Part shown: one piece after another, positions 29,217 through 37,886 of the stretch
Position numbering within the stretch: position 1 is the stretch's first letter
Layout: each line of letters opens with the position of its first letter
Virus record (IMG/VR): IMGVR_UViG_3300048849_000180
Span: 1-55,816 of that record
Length of the DNA stretch: 55,816 nucleotides
Source of the DNA: a virus
Lineage: Duplodnaviria > Caudoviricetes
Reading direction: 5' to 3' (one strand)
Notes under the pieces: generated by a model
What the model was told of the DNA's origin: nothing
Database searches by the model: none
Seen by the model: the letters and a program-made list of their open reading frames with translations, nothing else
Made by a program: the position numbers and the translations under genes

Positions 29217-29390
29217 TTATTTGAATAGTGGGTTGAAAAATCCTCCGAAGTATAGAATAGTTCCGGTAACGATAATTGCCACCACGGTTACCCATGCATT
29301 TTGATTGCCTGTTTTTGGTTTGCCGTGATCGTTTATCATCAGGCCAAGATTGAGTGACCATAGTACAATAAGAATCAGTTGTGGGATCAT
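29217..29390 (-). CDS. Small two-TM membrane protein (not in the ORF track)
   Basis: MIPQLILIVLWSLNLGLMINDHGKPKTGNQNAWVTVVAIIVTGTILYFGGFFNPLFK; fills the gap exactly. Confidence 0.7.
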   Translation of the reverse strand: MIPQLILIVLWSLNLGLMINDHGKPKTGNQNAWVTVVAIIVTGTILYFGGFFNPLFK

Positions 29391-29395
29391 ATTAT

Positions 29396-29854
29396 TTAAA
29401 AAAATTGGTTTTCAGTTTTAATGAGCTCATACAGCCGGTACACTTCAGTTCTAAAATCCTCGTATACCCGGAAGGCTATCGTTGTACTTGGAATAGTCTG
29501 GCTTAATATGACCCTGGACGTGCCCAGATTATCAGATAGCGTTTGGATAATGCCATTCTTCACTCTCACAGGGGCATGGTATATGATCTTTTCCGGATGA
29601 TAGAACAACAGTACGACCGCAAGTAGCAATTCCCGATCCCTAGTAATACTCACTTGTGACTTTCTCCAGGTCCAGCTATGATGTTCTATTCCCTTTTCTT
29701 TTTTGAAGGAAATAACGATCTGCTCAATCATCGAGAGGTCTTCCAAAGTCTGCTCCGGCATGCTCCTACTTATCTTTTCAGAAATAGACTCTGCAATCTC
29801 AGGGTAATCCCTTCGCAGAACAGTGATCATAAGTGCTGAATGCTGGTCAATCAT
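29396..29854 (-). CDS. Hypothetical protein, possible transcriptional regulator
   Basis: Likely start MIDQHS at 29854, just after the promoter; C-terminal HTH-like segment IIQTLSDNLGTSRVILSQ. Confidence 0.6.
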   Translation of the reverse strand: MIDQHSALMITVLRRDYPEIAESISEKISRSMPEQTLEDLSMIEQIVISFKKEKGIEHHSWTWRKSQVSITRDRELLLAVVLLFYHPEKIIYHAPVRVKNGIIQTLSDNLGTSRVILSQTIPSTTIAFRVYEDFRTEVYRLYELIKTENQFF

Positions 29855-29879
29855 TGAGTTAAAGGTAGAGAATATACTC

Positions 29880-29900
29880 AATATGTCAAAAAAACATTTT
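29880..29900. promoter_or_regulatory. AATATG-N9-CATATT box 3
   Basis: AATATG-tcaaaaaaa-CATTTT; minus-strand TTTG-N19-TACCTTTA promoter. Confidence 0.7.
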
Positions 29901-29949
29901 ATGACCAAGTAGCGGTTTATATGAGTAATTCTTTTAAATTAGTCGGATT

Positions 29950-30531
29950 ATGGATTTGACAGACGAACAAATAATAATTCAGCTGCAAGCAGTAAAACAA
30001 AAAAGCGAGGAGATGTATGAAAAAAGCGTCTACTTAATCTCATCTGGAACTCTACTTTTGTCTATAACTTTCATAGAAAAAATCGTCAAACTTGCAACGT
30101 CAATTATTCTATGGACGCTAATAACAAGTTGGGTATTGTTAGTCATCACTCTTTTGTTAAATCTGATTTCACATCAGGTATCTAGCCATTTCCACGGAAA
30201 AACAGTTTCGGATTTTCAGGCTAAAAATGAAAACACGATTCGTAATGTCCAGAAGCGAAATCTATGGATTTACGGTATTAACATTGCAACAAGCTCATGT
30301 TTGATTTTCGGTATTGGTTTTTTAGTATTATTTTGTTCAATAAATGTAAATAAAATGAACAGAGACACAGAACCAATTAGACCGCAGACAATCGAACCAG
30401 ATCAACAGAAAGGCATGCCTATCAATATTCCGCGAGGGCCAATTCCAAGTAGTCCTTCACTCCCGCCTTCACAGCCCAGTACAAACCCGACGCCACCCAG
30501 TACTCAACCGCCAACAGTTCCAAGTAGATAG
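29950..30531 (+). CDS. Three-TM membrane protein with a Pro-rich tail (moron)
   Basis: Hydrophobic helices and a P/S/T-rich C-terminus; opposite orientation to neighbours. Confidence 0.75.
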   Translation: MDLTDEQIIIQLQAVKQKSEEMYEKSVYLISSGTLLLSITFIEKIVKLATSIILWTLITSWVLLVITLLLNLISHQVSSHFHGKTVSDFQAKNENTIRNVQKRNLWIYGINIATSSCLIFGIGFLVLFCSINVNKMNRDTEPIRPQTIEPDQQKGMPINIPRGPIPSSPSLPPSQPSTNPTPPSTQPPTVPSR

Positions 30532-30630
30532 TTCGACATTTTACCTGGCATTTAGCCAGGTAAAATCGTTTCAGATGTGATAGTTCGCAACTCATCAACG
30601 ATTATATAGGGCCATGAGTTGCGACAGCAA

Positions 30631-31194
30631 TTAGCTTATATCCAAAGCAGACTTCCAGTTTACATTGTTCACTATACTTCGTATGGTGGCTCTACTAACA
30701 TTATAAATTTTAGACACCTTTGTTTGGTTCTTAAAGTCGCCTGACGCAAATTTTCGTTTTATTTCAATTACATCATTAAGGCTTAATTTTGCTTGTACAT
30801 GCTTTTCACCATAAACCTGATGAGATAATCCATTTACAAACGCATGGCTTTTGTTTTCCTTAGAAGTGCACCATTCGAGGTTAGAGATATCATTATTCTC
30901 TTTGTTTCCATCTATGTGGTTGACCTCTGGTTTATTACTTGGATTTGAGATAAAGGCGATCGCAACGAGTCTATGAATCACAAACTTTTTCGCGCTTCCT
31001 TTCAGGTTTAGTTCTACTCTTTTATATCCACGATGAGTAATTGTCTGTTTTAACAGGATATCAGCTCTATGAGAAATTCTTCCTCTTGATCTAACCCGAT
31101 TCCAGCCTAAGGATTTAACTCGTCCCTTACTGCTGATTTGGTAAACACCTTCATATCCTAAAATATCCTTCCAAATTTCATTTTGATTTTCCAT
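30631..31194 (-). CDS. NUMOD4-HNH homing endonuclease
   Basis: EIWKDILGYEGVYQISSKGRVKS; HRLVAIAF; VNHIDGNKENNDISNLEW. Confidence 0.93.
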   Translation of the reverse strand: MENQNEIWKDILGYEGVYQISSKGRVKSLGWNRVRSRGRISHRADILLKQTITHRGYKRVELNLKGSAKKFVIHRLVAIAFISNPSNKPEVNHIDGNKENNDISNLEWCTSKENKSHAFVNGLSHQVYGEKHVQAKLSLNDVIEIKRKFASGDFKNQTKVSKIYNVSRATIRSIVNNVNWKSALDIS

Positions 31195-31204
31195 AACGAT
31201 TTTA

Positions 31205-31305
31205 AACGAACAAAGCCAATCAGCATTTCCCAGCTTGCGATCCGGTACTCTGCCAATTGGCTTATGAATGTCTTTAGATAGCTAATCAAGGTCGCAAGTC
31301 GCTAG
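31205..31305 (-). ncRNA. Structured RNA leader copy B (AAGACAUUC motif)
   Basis: 13-bp stem 31213-31225/31251-31263 (two G-U pairs on the minus strand); loop segment 31234-31240 complementary to 31292-31298; motif at 31266-31274. Confidence 0.7.
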
Positions 31306-31334
31306 CTGAACCTAAATATAACCTAAATATTCTT

Positions 31335-31355
31335 AATATGTTATTTTAACATATT
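31335..31355. promoter_or_regulatory. AATATG-N9-CATATT box 4
   Basis: AATATG-ttattttaa-CATATT (perfect). Confidence 0.75.
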
Positions 31356-31865
31356 TTTTTTGCCGAAAATTGATTTCTTAATCAAATCAAGAGTCTTAAT
31401 TGTGAAAAGATCAGATGGTGTTACACGCAGTGTCCTCCAACCTAAAGATGCGGACATTGATATTTTATCCATATCTCTCTTAATTCCTACCCCTGAAGAG
31501 TGACCGCTATTGCCTTTCAAATGAATTCCTCCTTCAACTTCCAGGCATAGCTTGTATTCTGGCCAAGCGTAATCCATTGCATACTTACGATCAGGCATAA
31601 ACAGGAATTCCGGCCAACACGGGATACCCTCTTTTTCCATAAGCATCGTGAACATATCTTTGATCTCCGTTTTATGCTTTATGTTCAGATCATCATCCAT
31701 GCTTCCTGTGCGCCTGTACTTCTTCCTCGGTTTACGTTTTGAGCGGGCATCGGTAAACGCGATAGCCGCCGGATGGTTCGGCGGGTACAGGTTATCTCCT
31801 ACTTGCACGTAACCCCGATCCAAACAGTCCTTATAGACTGCCTTCAAAAGTGCAACTGATTTCAT
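31341..31865 (-). CDS. PD-(D/E)XK endonuclease (DUF559/Vsr-like)
   Basis: EFLF...MDYAWPEYKLCLEVEGG...DMDK...LGWRTLRVT. Confidence 0.8.
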   Translation of the reverse strand: MKSVALLKAVYKDCLDRGYVQVGDNLYPPNHPAAIAFTDARSKRKPRKKYRRTGSMDDDLNIKHKTEIKDMFTMLMEKEGIPCWPEFLFMPDRKYAMDYAWPEYKLCLEVEGGIHLKGNSGHSSGVGIKRDMDKISMSASLGWRTLRVTPSDLFTIKTLDLIKKSIFGKKNMLK

Positions 31866-31870
31866 TGCTA

Positions 31871-32128
31871 TTAATCTGCAATTATGTGTTGATAGACCTT
31901 AAATCCGGCAGCGTTTGCTTCAGGCGCGGATCTCTCAACCCAGTTAAAGTTTATAGCACGTTCGGCCGGAGCTTCAGGGAGCAGATCTCCATCAGCAACG
32001 CAGCAAACCATACCCTTGATTGTGTTATAAACAGGTCCATTAGACACGCGGGCCGCGGTCCAAGTACTCTCGTTTAGTTCTGATAGGTCCATCTCTAAGA
32101 AAGACGCTAAAGCCTCATTTTTCTCCAT
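31871..32128 (-). CDS. Hypothetical protein
   Basis: 85 aa ORF in operon context. Confidence 0.6.
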   Translation of the reverse strand: MEKNEALASFLEMDLSELNESTWTAARVSNGPVYNTIKGMVCCVADGDLLPEAPAERAINFNWVERSAPEANAAGFKVYQHIIAD

Positions 32129-32142
32129 AAAAAGTATCTTTT

Positions 32143-32586
32143 TTAATATGTTGTGAATCGTGATGGTCGATTGAAAAAGGTGAATTTTAAGAAACGAAGA
32201 TCGCTTCGATCAACCTCAACGCTGCATCCGAGCCTTTTGGCATGCAAAACGACGCTGTTTGTTACTAAGGTATCATCCATATTGTCGTTTAAATCAGCTT
32301 GGATGGTATCGCCTACCCGTTTAAATTGCAACTCCTCATAAAAGTCAGCCATTGCAACTTCAAGCCCCTCGTAAGATATAGAATCTAATCTCCATACCTT
32401 CTCTTGCTTTACAGTAGCACCGCCTTTGATCAGCATCTCTTCCATCTTGTCTAAAGATATGCTTTTTCCCTCTTTCAGGTAAATTTTCCATCCCGCAACG
32501 GTACGCCGATCGACACCAAGCGTCTTGTATATCCCGCGCCGATTGATTAAAGCTGCAAATGCCTGCTGTGTACCCTCTACTTCCAT
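32143..32586 (-). CDS. HTH-containing protein
   Basis: Likely start MEVEGT at 32586; IYKTLGVDRRTVAGWK HTH. Confidence 0.65.
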   Translation of the reverse strand: MEVEGTQQAFAALINRRGIYKTLGVDRRTVAGWKIYLKEGKSISLDKMEEMLIKGGATVKQEKVWRLDSISYEGLEVAMADFYEELQFKRVGDTIQADLNDNMDDTLVTNSVVLHAKRLGCSVEVDRSDLRFLKFTFFNRPSRFTTY

Positions 32587-32726
32587 ATCCAATAGATAAT
32601 AATCCCCGCAATAATCAGAAGTGGAAGTAGTTCCCACCAGCTGAAATGCCATGTCTTGTCAATGTCGAGTTCTGCGTCCTCTCCATTAATCCAGGCTTTT
32701 AAATACATCCAAATTCTTTTCATCAT
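32577..32726 (-). CDS. 49 aa membrane peptide (not in the ORF track)
   Basis: MMKRIWMYLKAWINGEDAELDIDKTWHFSWWELLPLLIIAGIIIYWIWK; stop overlaps the next start. Confidence 0.65.
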   Translation of the reverse strand: MMKRIWMYLKAWINGEDAELDIDKTWHFSWWELLPLLIIAGIIIYWIWK

Positions 32727-32789
32727 AATCTGTACATTTGTTTATCAGAACAAGAGGAAGAACCGGGAGCCTAGCCCCCGGTTGGTTTT

Positions 32790-32885
32790 TTAGAAGATTA
32801 CCCATCTAATGAGTCTTCTTACCGACTTGAATTTGCACTTGACCTGCACTTCAAATCCTTTCTTTGTTATGATGATTTTTATCAT
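32790..32885 (-). CDS. 31 aa basic peptide
   Basis: MIKIIITKKGFEVQVKCKFKSVRRLIRWVIF, directly after a promoter-like TATCTTTA and followed by a hairpin. Confidence 0.5.
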   Translation of the reverse strand: MIKIIITKKGFEVQVKCKFKSVRRLIRWVIF

Positions 32886-32889
32886 ACTT

Positions 32890-32934
32890 AAAGATACAAA
32901 TATGTCTTGAAATATCAAGTCTTTTTGTATCTTT
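32890..32934. promoter_or_regulatory. Palindromic operator of the small-ORF module
   Basis: AAAGATACAAA...CTTGA-aata-TCAAG...TTTGTATCTTT nested inverted repeat. Confidence 0.55.
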
Positions 32935-32990
32935 TTTTTGTTTTTTTGTAGCTTATTAAACTTTGTCTCCGACGGGAACGTTATATTACC

Positions 32991-33221
32991 ATGGAATACC
33001 ACCTTATTGACATCGAATACGATGGACAGCCCATACACATAAAGGTGAAGCGCCGGGAGTTGGGTCACGATCTCGTCTATGATTGCTATACTGGCGATGT
33101 TTTTCTTGGAGCCATCTCACCTACCTGCTGCGAGGATCCTTCGACATATTGGATAAGCAATGATATCCCGATGGAGCTGGTCCGGTTGATAGGCGACAAA
33201 ATTGACAAGCAGGACCAATGA
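32991..33221 (+). CDS. Hypothetical protein
   Basis: 76 aa ORF. Confidence 0.6.
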   Translation: MEYHLIDIEYDGQPIHIKVKRRELGHDLVYDCYTGDVFLGAISPTCCEDPSTYWISNDIPMELVRLIGDKIDKQDQ

Positions 33222-33502
33222 TATTAACCCCACCCTTTCATGCGGTGATCAGACAAAAGCTTTGCACATAAATGATCCTGGAACGCTTGTAATTAGAGCA
33301 ACATCATTATAGTGAATACACCACAAAGTTTGGAGTCGGAAAATTATTTTCCTATCTTCAGAAGAAAGCCTCTTCAATGCGAATGGCAAAACATTTATTT
33401 TTTTCGGTTAGAACGCAAATCTGGTTGCCCAAAATGAAAAATTACCTGGTAACGACAACAGGGATAGCTTTAAACAAATAGATTGCGCCTAAATTTTCTT
33501 CC

Positions 33503-33862
33503 ATGGAAAACAAGATGGTCGTTATCATAGATAGCGACGAAAGCGTACTTGAATTGTTCTCCCTAATCCTCCAAGAGGCAGGCTATGATGTCATGGCGAT
33601 CCTAAATGCAGTTCCTTATCCTTTCTCAAGTTCTCAAGCAGACCTTTTTTTAATGGACATTAGCCTGGATAATCCTACTACTAAAGAATTTTATCAGATC
33701 ATGAAGTCTGATCCAACCACTGCATCAATTCCGATCATTGTTACGAGTACCAGTACAGACCTTGAACAGAAAGCCGCGGCATTGAAAGTTCAAGGATACA
33801 TCTCTAAACCGTTTGACATTGAAGATCTCCTCCGAAAAGTTGGGGAACTAGTAGATTTATAG
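33503..33862 (+). CDS. Stand-alone response regulator receiver (CheY-like)
   Basis: VVIIDSD, DLFLMDI (phospho-Asp), IPIIVTS, YISKPFD. Confidence 0.9.
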   Translation: MENKMVVIIDSDESVLELFSLILQEAGYDVMAILNAVPYPFSSSQADLFLMDISLDNPTTKEFYQIMKSDPTTASIPIIVTSTSTDLEQKAAALKVQGYISKPFDIEDLLRKVGELVDL

Positions 33863-34072
33863 CTCGGACACCTTCCTAGGATCTATTCAGAAAATAATGG
33901 CTTGCATCACGGAGCATGTAACAGTTCCAACTTTTAGACATTCTCACATTTCCAGCATCAATATAAAACGACCTCGATTTCTTATATTCGATAGCACGCT
34001 TTCATAAATTACAAGTTATTTCTCTTCTTAAAGCCTTTTTTGTTGCATCTTTGCTTCTGAGAGCGTTAATTG

Positions 34073-34104
34073 GGGTTCAGTTGTTAGCAGCTGGGCCCTT
34101 TTTT
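34073..34104 (+). terminator. Intrinsic terminator
   Basis: GGGTTCAGTTG-ttag-CAGCTGGGCCC-TTTTTT. Confidence 0.7.
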
Positions 34105-34230
34105 ATGCTGAATTTTCCGAAACAAATTCTGTTTAAAACCTTCTAAAGCCTAAGTATTATTTTTTTATTTCAGGTATTTTCAACTTTGGTCAGACCTACC
34201 TGCCTGTTTTATTTTTGTTAAAAAAAGATC

Positions 34231-34461
34231 ATGCTAAGATTAATATATATAAGCCCAACTTTAGATTATCAACATGTTGATGCGGATAGTATCCATAAAA
34301 TTGCTGATACGGAGGCAAAACTTAAACACCAGGGTGCAGACATCGTTTGCTTAGTCGACTACCAACGCCAGTTTATCTTTAAAAAGAACGATCAATACTC
34401 CTATCATCGCGATTTCATTGAAGACTTAATATTTGGTCCTATATACGGCACGGGTAACTAA
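34231..34461 (+). CDS. Hypothetical protein
   Basis: 76 aa ORF. Confidence 0.55.
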   Translation: MLRLIYISPTLDYQHVDADSIHKIADTEAKLKHQGADIVCLVDYQRQFIFKKNDQYSYHRDFIEDLIFGPIYGTGN

Positions 34462-34620
34462 TATACTTATCAAGGAGGTAAGACGGGCTGTTTTCCTTCA
34501 TCTACAGCAGTATCTACACGGTGGCAGGGGATTGGTAAATCCCACTCGGCTTTGGTTTGTATTTAATCGTTTTCAATTGTATTTGTACCCGTCCAATGTT
34601 GGACTATAAAATCTCAATCG

Positions 34621-34821
34621 ATGAGACACTTTTTTATTTCTGCAATTGGTACTGGTCCGACTGGATTAAATATCACAAACTTTGGATTGTCTTATCATGA
34701 ATTTCCGACATTGAAAGTTCTTAGTGTATATGCAATTGATAATGGTTGTGCTGATCCAACTATTATGGGGGTTACTGAGCTTTCAAAAAAAGATTTTGAT
34801 AAACTTCTTTCTGAAAAGTAA
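34621..34821 (+). CDS. Hypothetical protein
   Basis: 66 aa ORF. Confidence 0.55.
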   Translation: MRHFFISAIGTGPTGLNITNFGLSYHEFPTLKVLSVYAIDNGCADPTIMGVTELSKKDFDKLLSEK

Positions 34822-34824
34822 CCG

Positions 34825-35268
34825 TTATCGTTTATATTCCCAAAAACTAAGCTTCCCTTTGACATTCTCGATCGGCTTGTCATAGAGCACCGGATTTGCA
34901 AGTACCCAGTTCCAAATCACTGGCACGTGCTCATGGATATCAGGATCATATTCCTCCGGTCTTTCTGCCCACACGCTCGGATGATCTTTAATGCAATCAA
35001 TAATATCAACCTCACCAACAATGCATGCATTCGGATACTTGCTCATGTGATCCGGATACCGTTCGGGAAGATTCAGTTTAAAAACATCCTTGAGCTGAGC
35101 TTGAGTAAAGCTCATTCCATTTAGCATTCCGTTAAACGGCACCGGCTTCAAAGCAGCATGAATGTATATACGACCTCTGAAGTTAGTTCTCCAGGTTCGG
35201 TTTTCAATGTCCTTAACTCCCAAGGCAATTAGCATAGCCCATGGGTTTTTGATGGTTAACGCTTTCAT
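34825..35268 (-). CDS. ASCH domain protein
   Basis: MKALTIKNPWA...GVKDIENRTW...RGRIYIHA...KGKLSFW. Confidence 0.92.
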   Translation of the reverse strand: MKALTIKNPWAMLIALGVKDIENRTWRTNFRGRIYIHAALKPVPFNGMLNGMSFTQAQLKDVFKLNLPERYPDHMSKYPNACIVGEVDIIDCIKDHPSVWAERPEEYDPDIHEHVPVIWNWVLANPVLYDKPIENVKGKLSFWEYKR

Positions 35269-35270
35269 GG

Positions 35271-35510
35271 CTAATCGAATGGATTTGTAACAGACATTCT
35301 GATCGGTTGCACGGGGCCGCCAAAGGTCAGCTGCGTGTGATAGATCCTGCCGGTTCGTACGATCTCCTCGACTTCTTCAGGGCTTAGCTCTAAGCAACAG
35401 GTCATAGGTGTTGTTGGATCTTCTGCGACGACGTGCACTGGCAGCGTTTCGTATTCCGGCTGATCCTCTGCGAGCATCAGGTTTACTTGTGGAAATGTGA
35501 TAGCTTTCAT
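35271..35510 (-). CDS. Hypothetical phage protein
   Basis: 79 aa; EDQPEYETLP...G.PVQP. Confidence 0.7.
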   Translation of the reverse strand: MKAITFPQVNLMLAEDQPEYETLPVHVVAEDPTTPMTCCLELSPEEVEEIVRTGRIYHTQLTFGGPVQPIRMSVTNPFD

Positions 35511-35521
35511 TTGGGATTGGT

Positions 35522-35620
35522 TTAAAAGTTTTCGTCGTTGTCTTCGAGTTGAACTGATCCGAAGATTGTGAATATGCCGGCGAACACACCGAGCACAACA
35601 AGGGTTGCTAAGAATATCAT
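35522..35620 (-). CDS. 32 aa single-TM peptide (not in the ORF track)
   Basis: MIFLATLVVLGVFAGIFTIFGSVQLEDNDENF, directly downstream of RNA leader A. Confidence 0.55.
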   Translation of the reverse strand: MIFLATLVVLGVFAGIFTIFGSVQLEDNDENF

Positions 35621-35645
35621 ATTATCAGGTTTAAATTGGTTGCAA

Positions 35646-35768
35646 AGCAAAAAAGAGTTCATCCCCGTTTCACTGCATCTGACCTCAGCTACTTTAGGGA
35701 AAAACTCTCTCTCGAATGTCTTTAAACCGGATTACCTACACGTAATGTCAGATGCTGCAGGTGATTGT
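35646..35768 (-). ncRNA. Structured RNA leader copy A (AAGACAUUC motif) with terminator U-tract
   Basis: Stem 35654-35665/35697-35708; loop segment 35675-35683 complementary to 35747-35755; motif at 35714-35722. Confidence 0.7.
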
Positions 35769-35793
35769 ATAACCAAACTTACAAAAAATACTC

Positions 35794-35814
35794 AACATGT
35801 CAATACTTCATATT
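35794..35814. promoter_or_regulatory. AATATG-N9-CATATT box 5
   Basis: AACATG-tcaatactt-CATATT; minus-strand -7 element TAAGTTTG at 35774-35781. Confidence 0.7.
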
Positions 35815-35822
35815 TTTTATTT

Positions 35823-36434
35823 TTAGTGAAGCCTTTCTATGATCTTTTTAAGCTCTTGATCCTGCTGATCTGTTAGGTCGTTGCGTCTCCGGAAATACTT
35901 CAGCAGCTGAGATACCTCGTTGCTCCGATGGTAGTACTTATCAAGCAGAATAGCGTCGAAACATTTCTTGTTCTTGTGAAGGAATGGAGCTTGCTTTACA
36001 ATCGTCGAATAAAATGGGGTGGTATAGATCAGGCCGGCGTAGGCTGGCACCTCTTCAGGTTTAATCAATCCTTCAGGGCAGGCGTAAAAGAATTTGTTTG
36101 GCAGGCACTCGCAAGGCTTGGTCCACTTGATCATTGATGACTTTGGGTGGATCCATTCACCATCGTGGACAAATGCATGCTCGGTGGCATCATATATTTT
36201 CTTACAAAATGCATACTCTTTGTGCCTGGTGAACAGTGCATGCTTTTCCGTCTTGTGAGTAAAGTCTTTCTTGAAATCGGCCTTACTGATCTTCACCTCT
36301 ACCTCTACGCTATATCCGGATTTGCTGATAGCAAAGAAGTCGGATTCCCAAGCGAAAACGAAAGTGTTAAGCAGAGGGTATTCGTAATTTCTAAAGAAGG
36401 CTCTAACAGCCTCGTGTACTTCGCGTGTTGTCAT
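35823..36434 (-). CDS. MmcB-like PD-(D/E)XK nuclease
   Basis: ESD...EVEVKISKADFKKD...PNKFFYACP...EVPAYAGLI. Confidence 0.75.
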   Translation of the reverse strand: MTTREVHEAVRAFFRNYEYPLLNTFVFAWESDFFAISKSGYSVEVEVKISKADFKKDFTHKTEKHALFTRHKEYAFCKKIYDATEHAFVHDGEWIHPKSSMIKWTKPCECLPNKFFYACPEGLIKPEEVPAYAGLIYTTPFYSTIVKQAPFLHKNKKCFDAILLDKYYHRSNEVSQLLKYFRRRNDLTDQQDQELKKIIERLH

Positions 36435-36850
36435 TAGCAGCCGAATTTATCGAAGTAGTCAAGGAAGAAAATGTACCTACCTTTGGTGAAGAAACCCCAC
36501 CTGAAGTTATCTTTGAACCGAATCACTAACGTGTAGGCTGGCTTGCCATCAATTAACATCACTCTGTGTGCATGTGATGCTTTAAGGAAAATAATTGTTC
36601 CAGGTAAAACCCGTTTAATGTTGTACATTTTGCCTTCACCCGCTTTAGCAAAGGTCTGCTCGTGGTATCCACGCCAAAGAATGATGGATATAAAGTTCCA
36701 CGGATGGTTATGTAGATCATCAGCATCGCTTCGATGGAATTTATGGAAGTATATTGCAAGCATCCTTGTTTTAAACAGGATCCATCTCGTAAGATATGGC
36801 AGATGGGCGTCTCCGCGGCCCTCACATCCGGTAATTATCAGCTTTTTCAT
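36434..36850 (-). CDS. Cupin-like His-rich phage protein
   Basis: HKFHRSDADDLHNHPW...GYHE...HRV. Confidence 0.65.
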   Translation of the reverse strand: MKKLIITGCEGRGDAHLPYLTRWILFKTRMLAIYFHKFHRSDADDLHNHPWNFISIILWRGYHEQTFAKAGEGKMYNIKRVLPGTIIFLKASHAHRVMLIDGKPAYTLVIRFKDNFRWGFFTKGRYIFFLDYFDKFGC

Positions 36851-37140
36851 CGCTTGCGCTTTTTAATTTGTGAATGATTTTTGAATTCTTCGATCCGCCT
36901 AGCTTGCAACTCTACCAGGATATCTTCTACCTTCCGGTAGTCTTCGCGCATCTTCGTCATCAGGGAATCAAAACTGTGATCATCGATGGCAGCTGCAGTG
37001 TCCAGGCCTTCAGAAAATCCATTCAATCGACCGCTGGAATAACCCTGCTCATAGCCAGCCTGTTTGCCACCGAAGAAAACGGCGATTGTAACCACCCACC
37101 CCAAAAGGAAGGGCCATGTTGATTTTAAAATCTTTTTCAT
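36847..37140 (-). CDS. Hypothetical membrane protein
   Basis: Likely start MKKILK; TM plus GYxxG repeats. Confidence 0.6.
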   Translation of the reverse strand: MKKILKSTWPFLLGWVVTIAVFFGGKQAGYEQGYSSGRLNGFSEGLDTAAAIDDHSFDSLMTKMREDYRKVEDILVELQARRIEEFKNHSQIKKRKR

Positions 37141-37141
37141 T

Positions 37142-37423
37142 TTAAACCTCCTGTAGTTCGTTTTCCAAAATAGACTCAAGTTCGATCGACGTCGGCGGCA
37201 TGAGTTCACGGAAGCGTTCAATAGCAAATCTGCATTCAGCCCAACCGTCTGCATACTCCAGCACTGGATTTAAGATCTCTTCGAGTCTAATGCCATTGTC
37301 GATATCCCGTATCGTATATATCTTGTTTTTAACAGGATATACGACACCGCATTGCTCATTGCACATTTTGTCCTCTATGTCCCAGTCATCATCAACCAGT
37401 TCAACCAATGATCCTACTCTCAT
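37142..37423 (-). CDS. Hypothetical protein
   Basis: 93 aa, operonic. Confidence 0.65.
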   Translation of the reverse strand: MRVGSLVELVDDDWDIEDKMCNEQCGVVYPVKNKIYTIRDIDNGIRLEEILNPVLEYADGWAECRFAIERFRELMPPTSIELESILENELQEV

Positions 37424-37602
37424 GATTTATGTTTTAAGTCGTCCAGGTAAAAAATAGCTAATAGTAGCAGCGCTGCGATTCCCCCGATGCCAATATATAT
37501 CACTTGCTCAACGTCAATAAATAAACTACAGATCTCTAGAATTGCGATCACAGCCGCACCGAACCCAATCATCAAAAGGGTTGTTATTTTATTTTCACTC
37601 AT
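37420..37602 (-). CDS. Small two-TM protein
   Basis: ATGA overlaps at both ends. Confidence 0.6.
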   Translation of the reverse strand: MSENKITTLLMIGFGAAVIAILEICSLFIDVEQVIYIGIGGIAALLLLAIFYLDDLKHKS

Positions 37603-37832
37603 GCTACTACCTCCTTCACCTCAAAGCAGCCCCTACAAGCCGCGTCCGCATCCCGAACGACCACTAACCCCAACGCAAGGCTTTTTATCAATCCTGCGGC
37701 TTTATTCGATGCTTTTTCGACATCCACGACACTGCGCACCTCGATGCTATTTTTTAATTTCTTGAATTTTGAAGGATCGTACTTCTCTATGAAGATTTCC
37801 AGATCCGATTTTTGGTTGTTTAAATCGCTCAT
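37599..37832 (-). CDS. Hypothetical protein
   Basis: 77 aa, operonic. Confidence 0.6.
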   Translation of the reverse strand: MSDLNNQKSDLEIFIEKYDPSKFKKLKNSIEVRSVVDVEKASNKAAGLIKSLALGLVVVRDADAACRGCFEVKEVVA

Positions 37833-37886
37833 AATGTGCGTTTTTCTTTTAGTTTGTGAATTTTGGGAATTAGGATTTTCTGTATA

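Noticed and set aside
29128-29361. 77 aa ORF from the track
   Set aside because: Wrong frame; the 29217-29390 membrane ORF fits the gap better.
32899-32919. Extra AATATG half-sites (also near 32145)
   Set aside because: No CATATT partner at 9-nt spacing.
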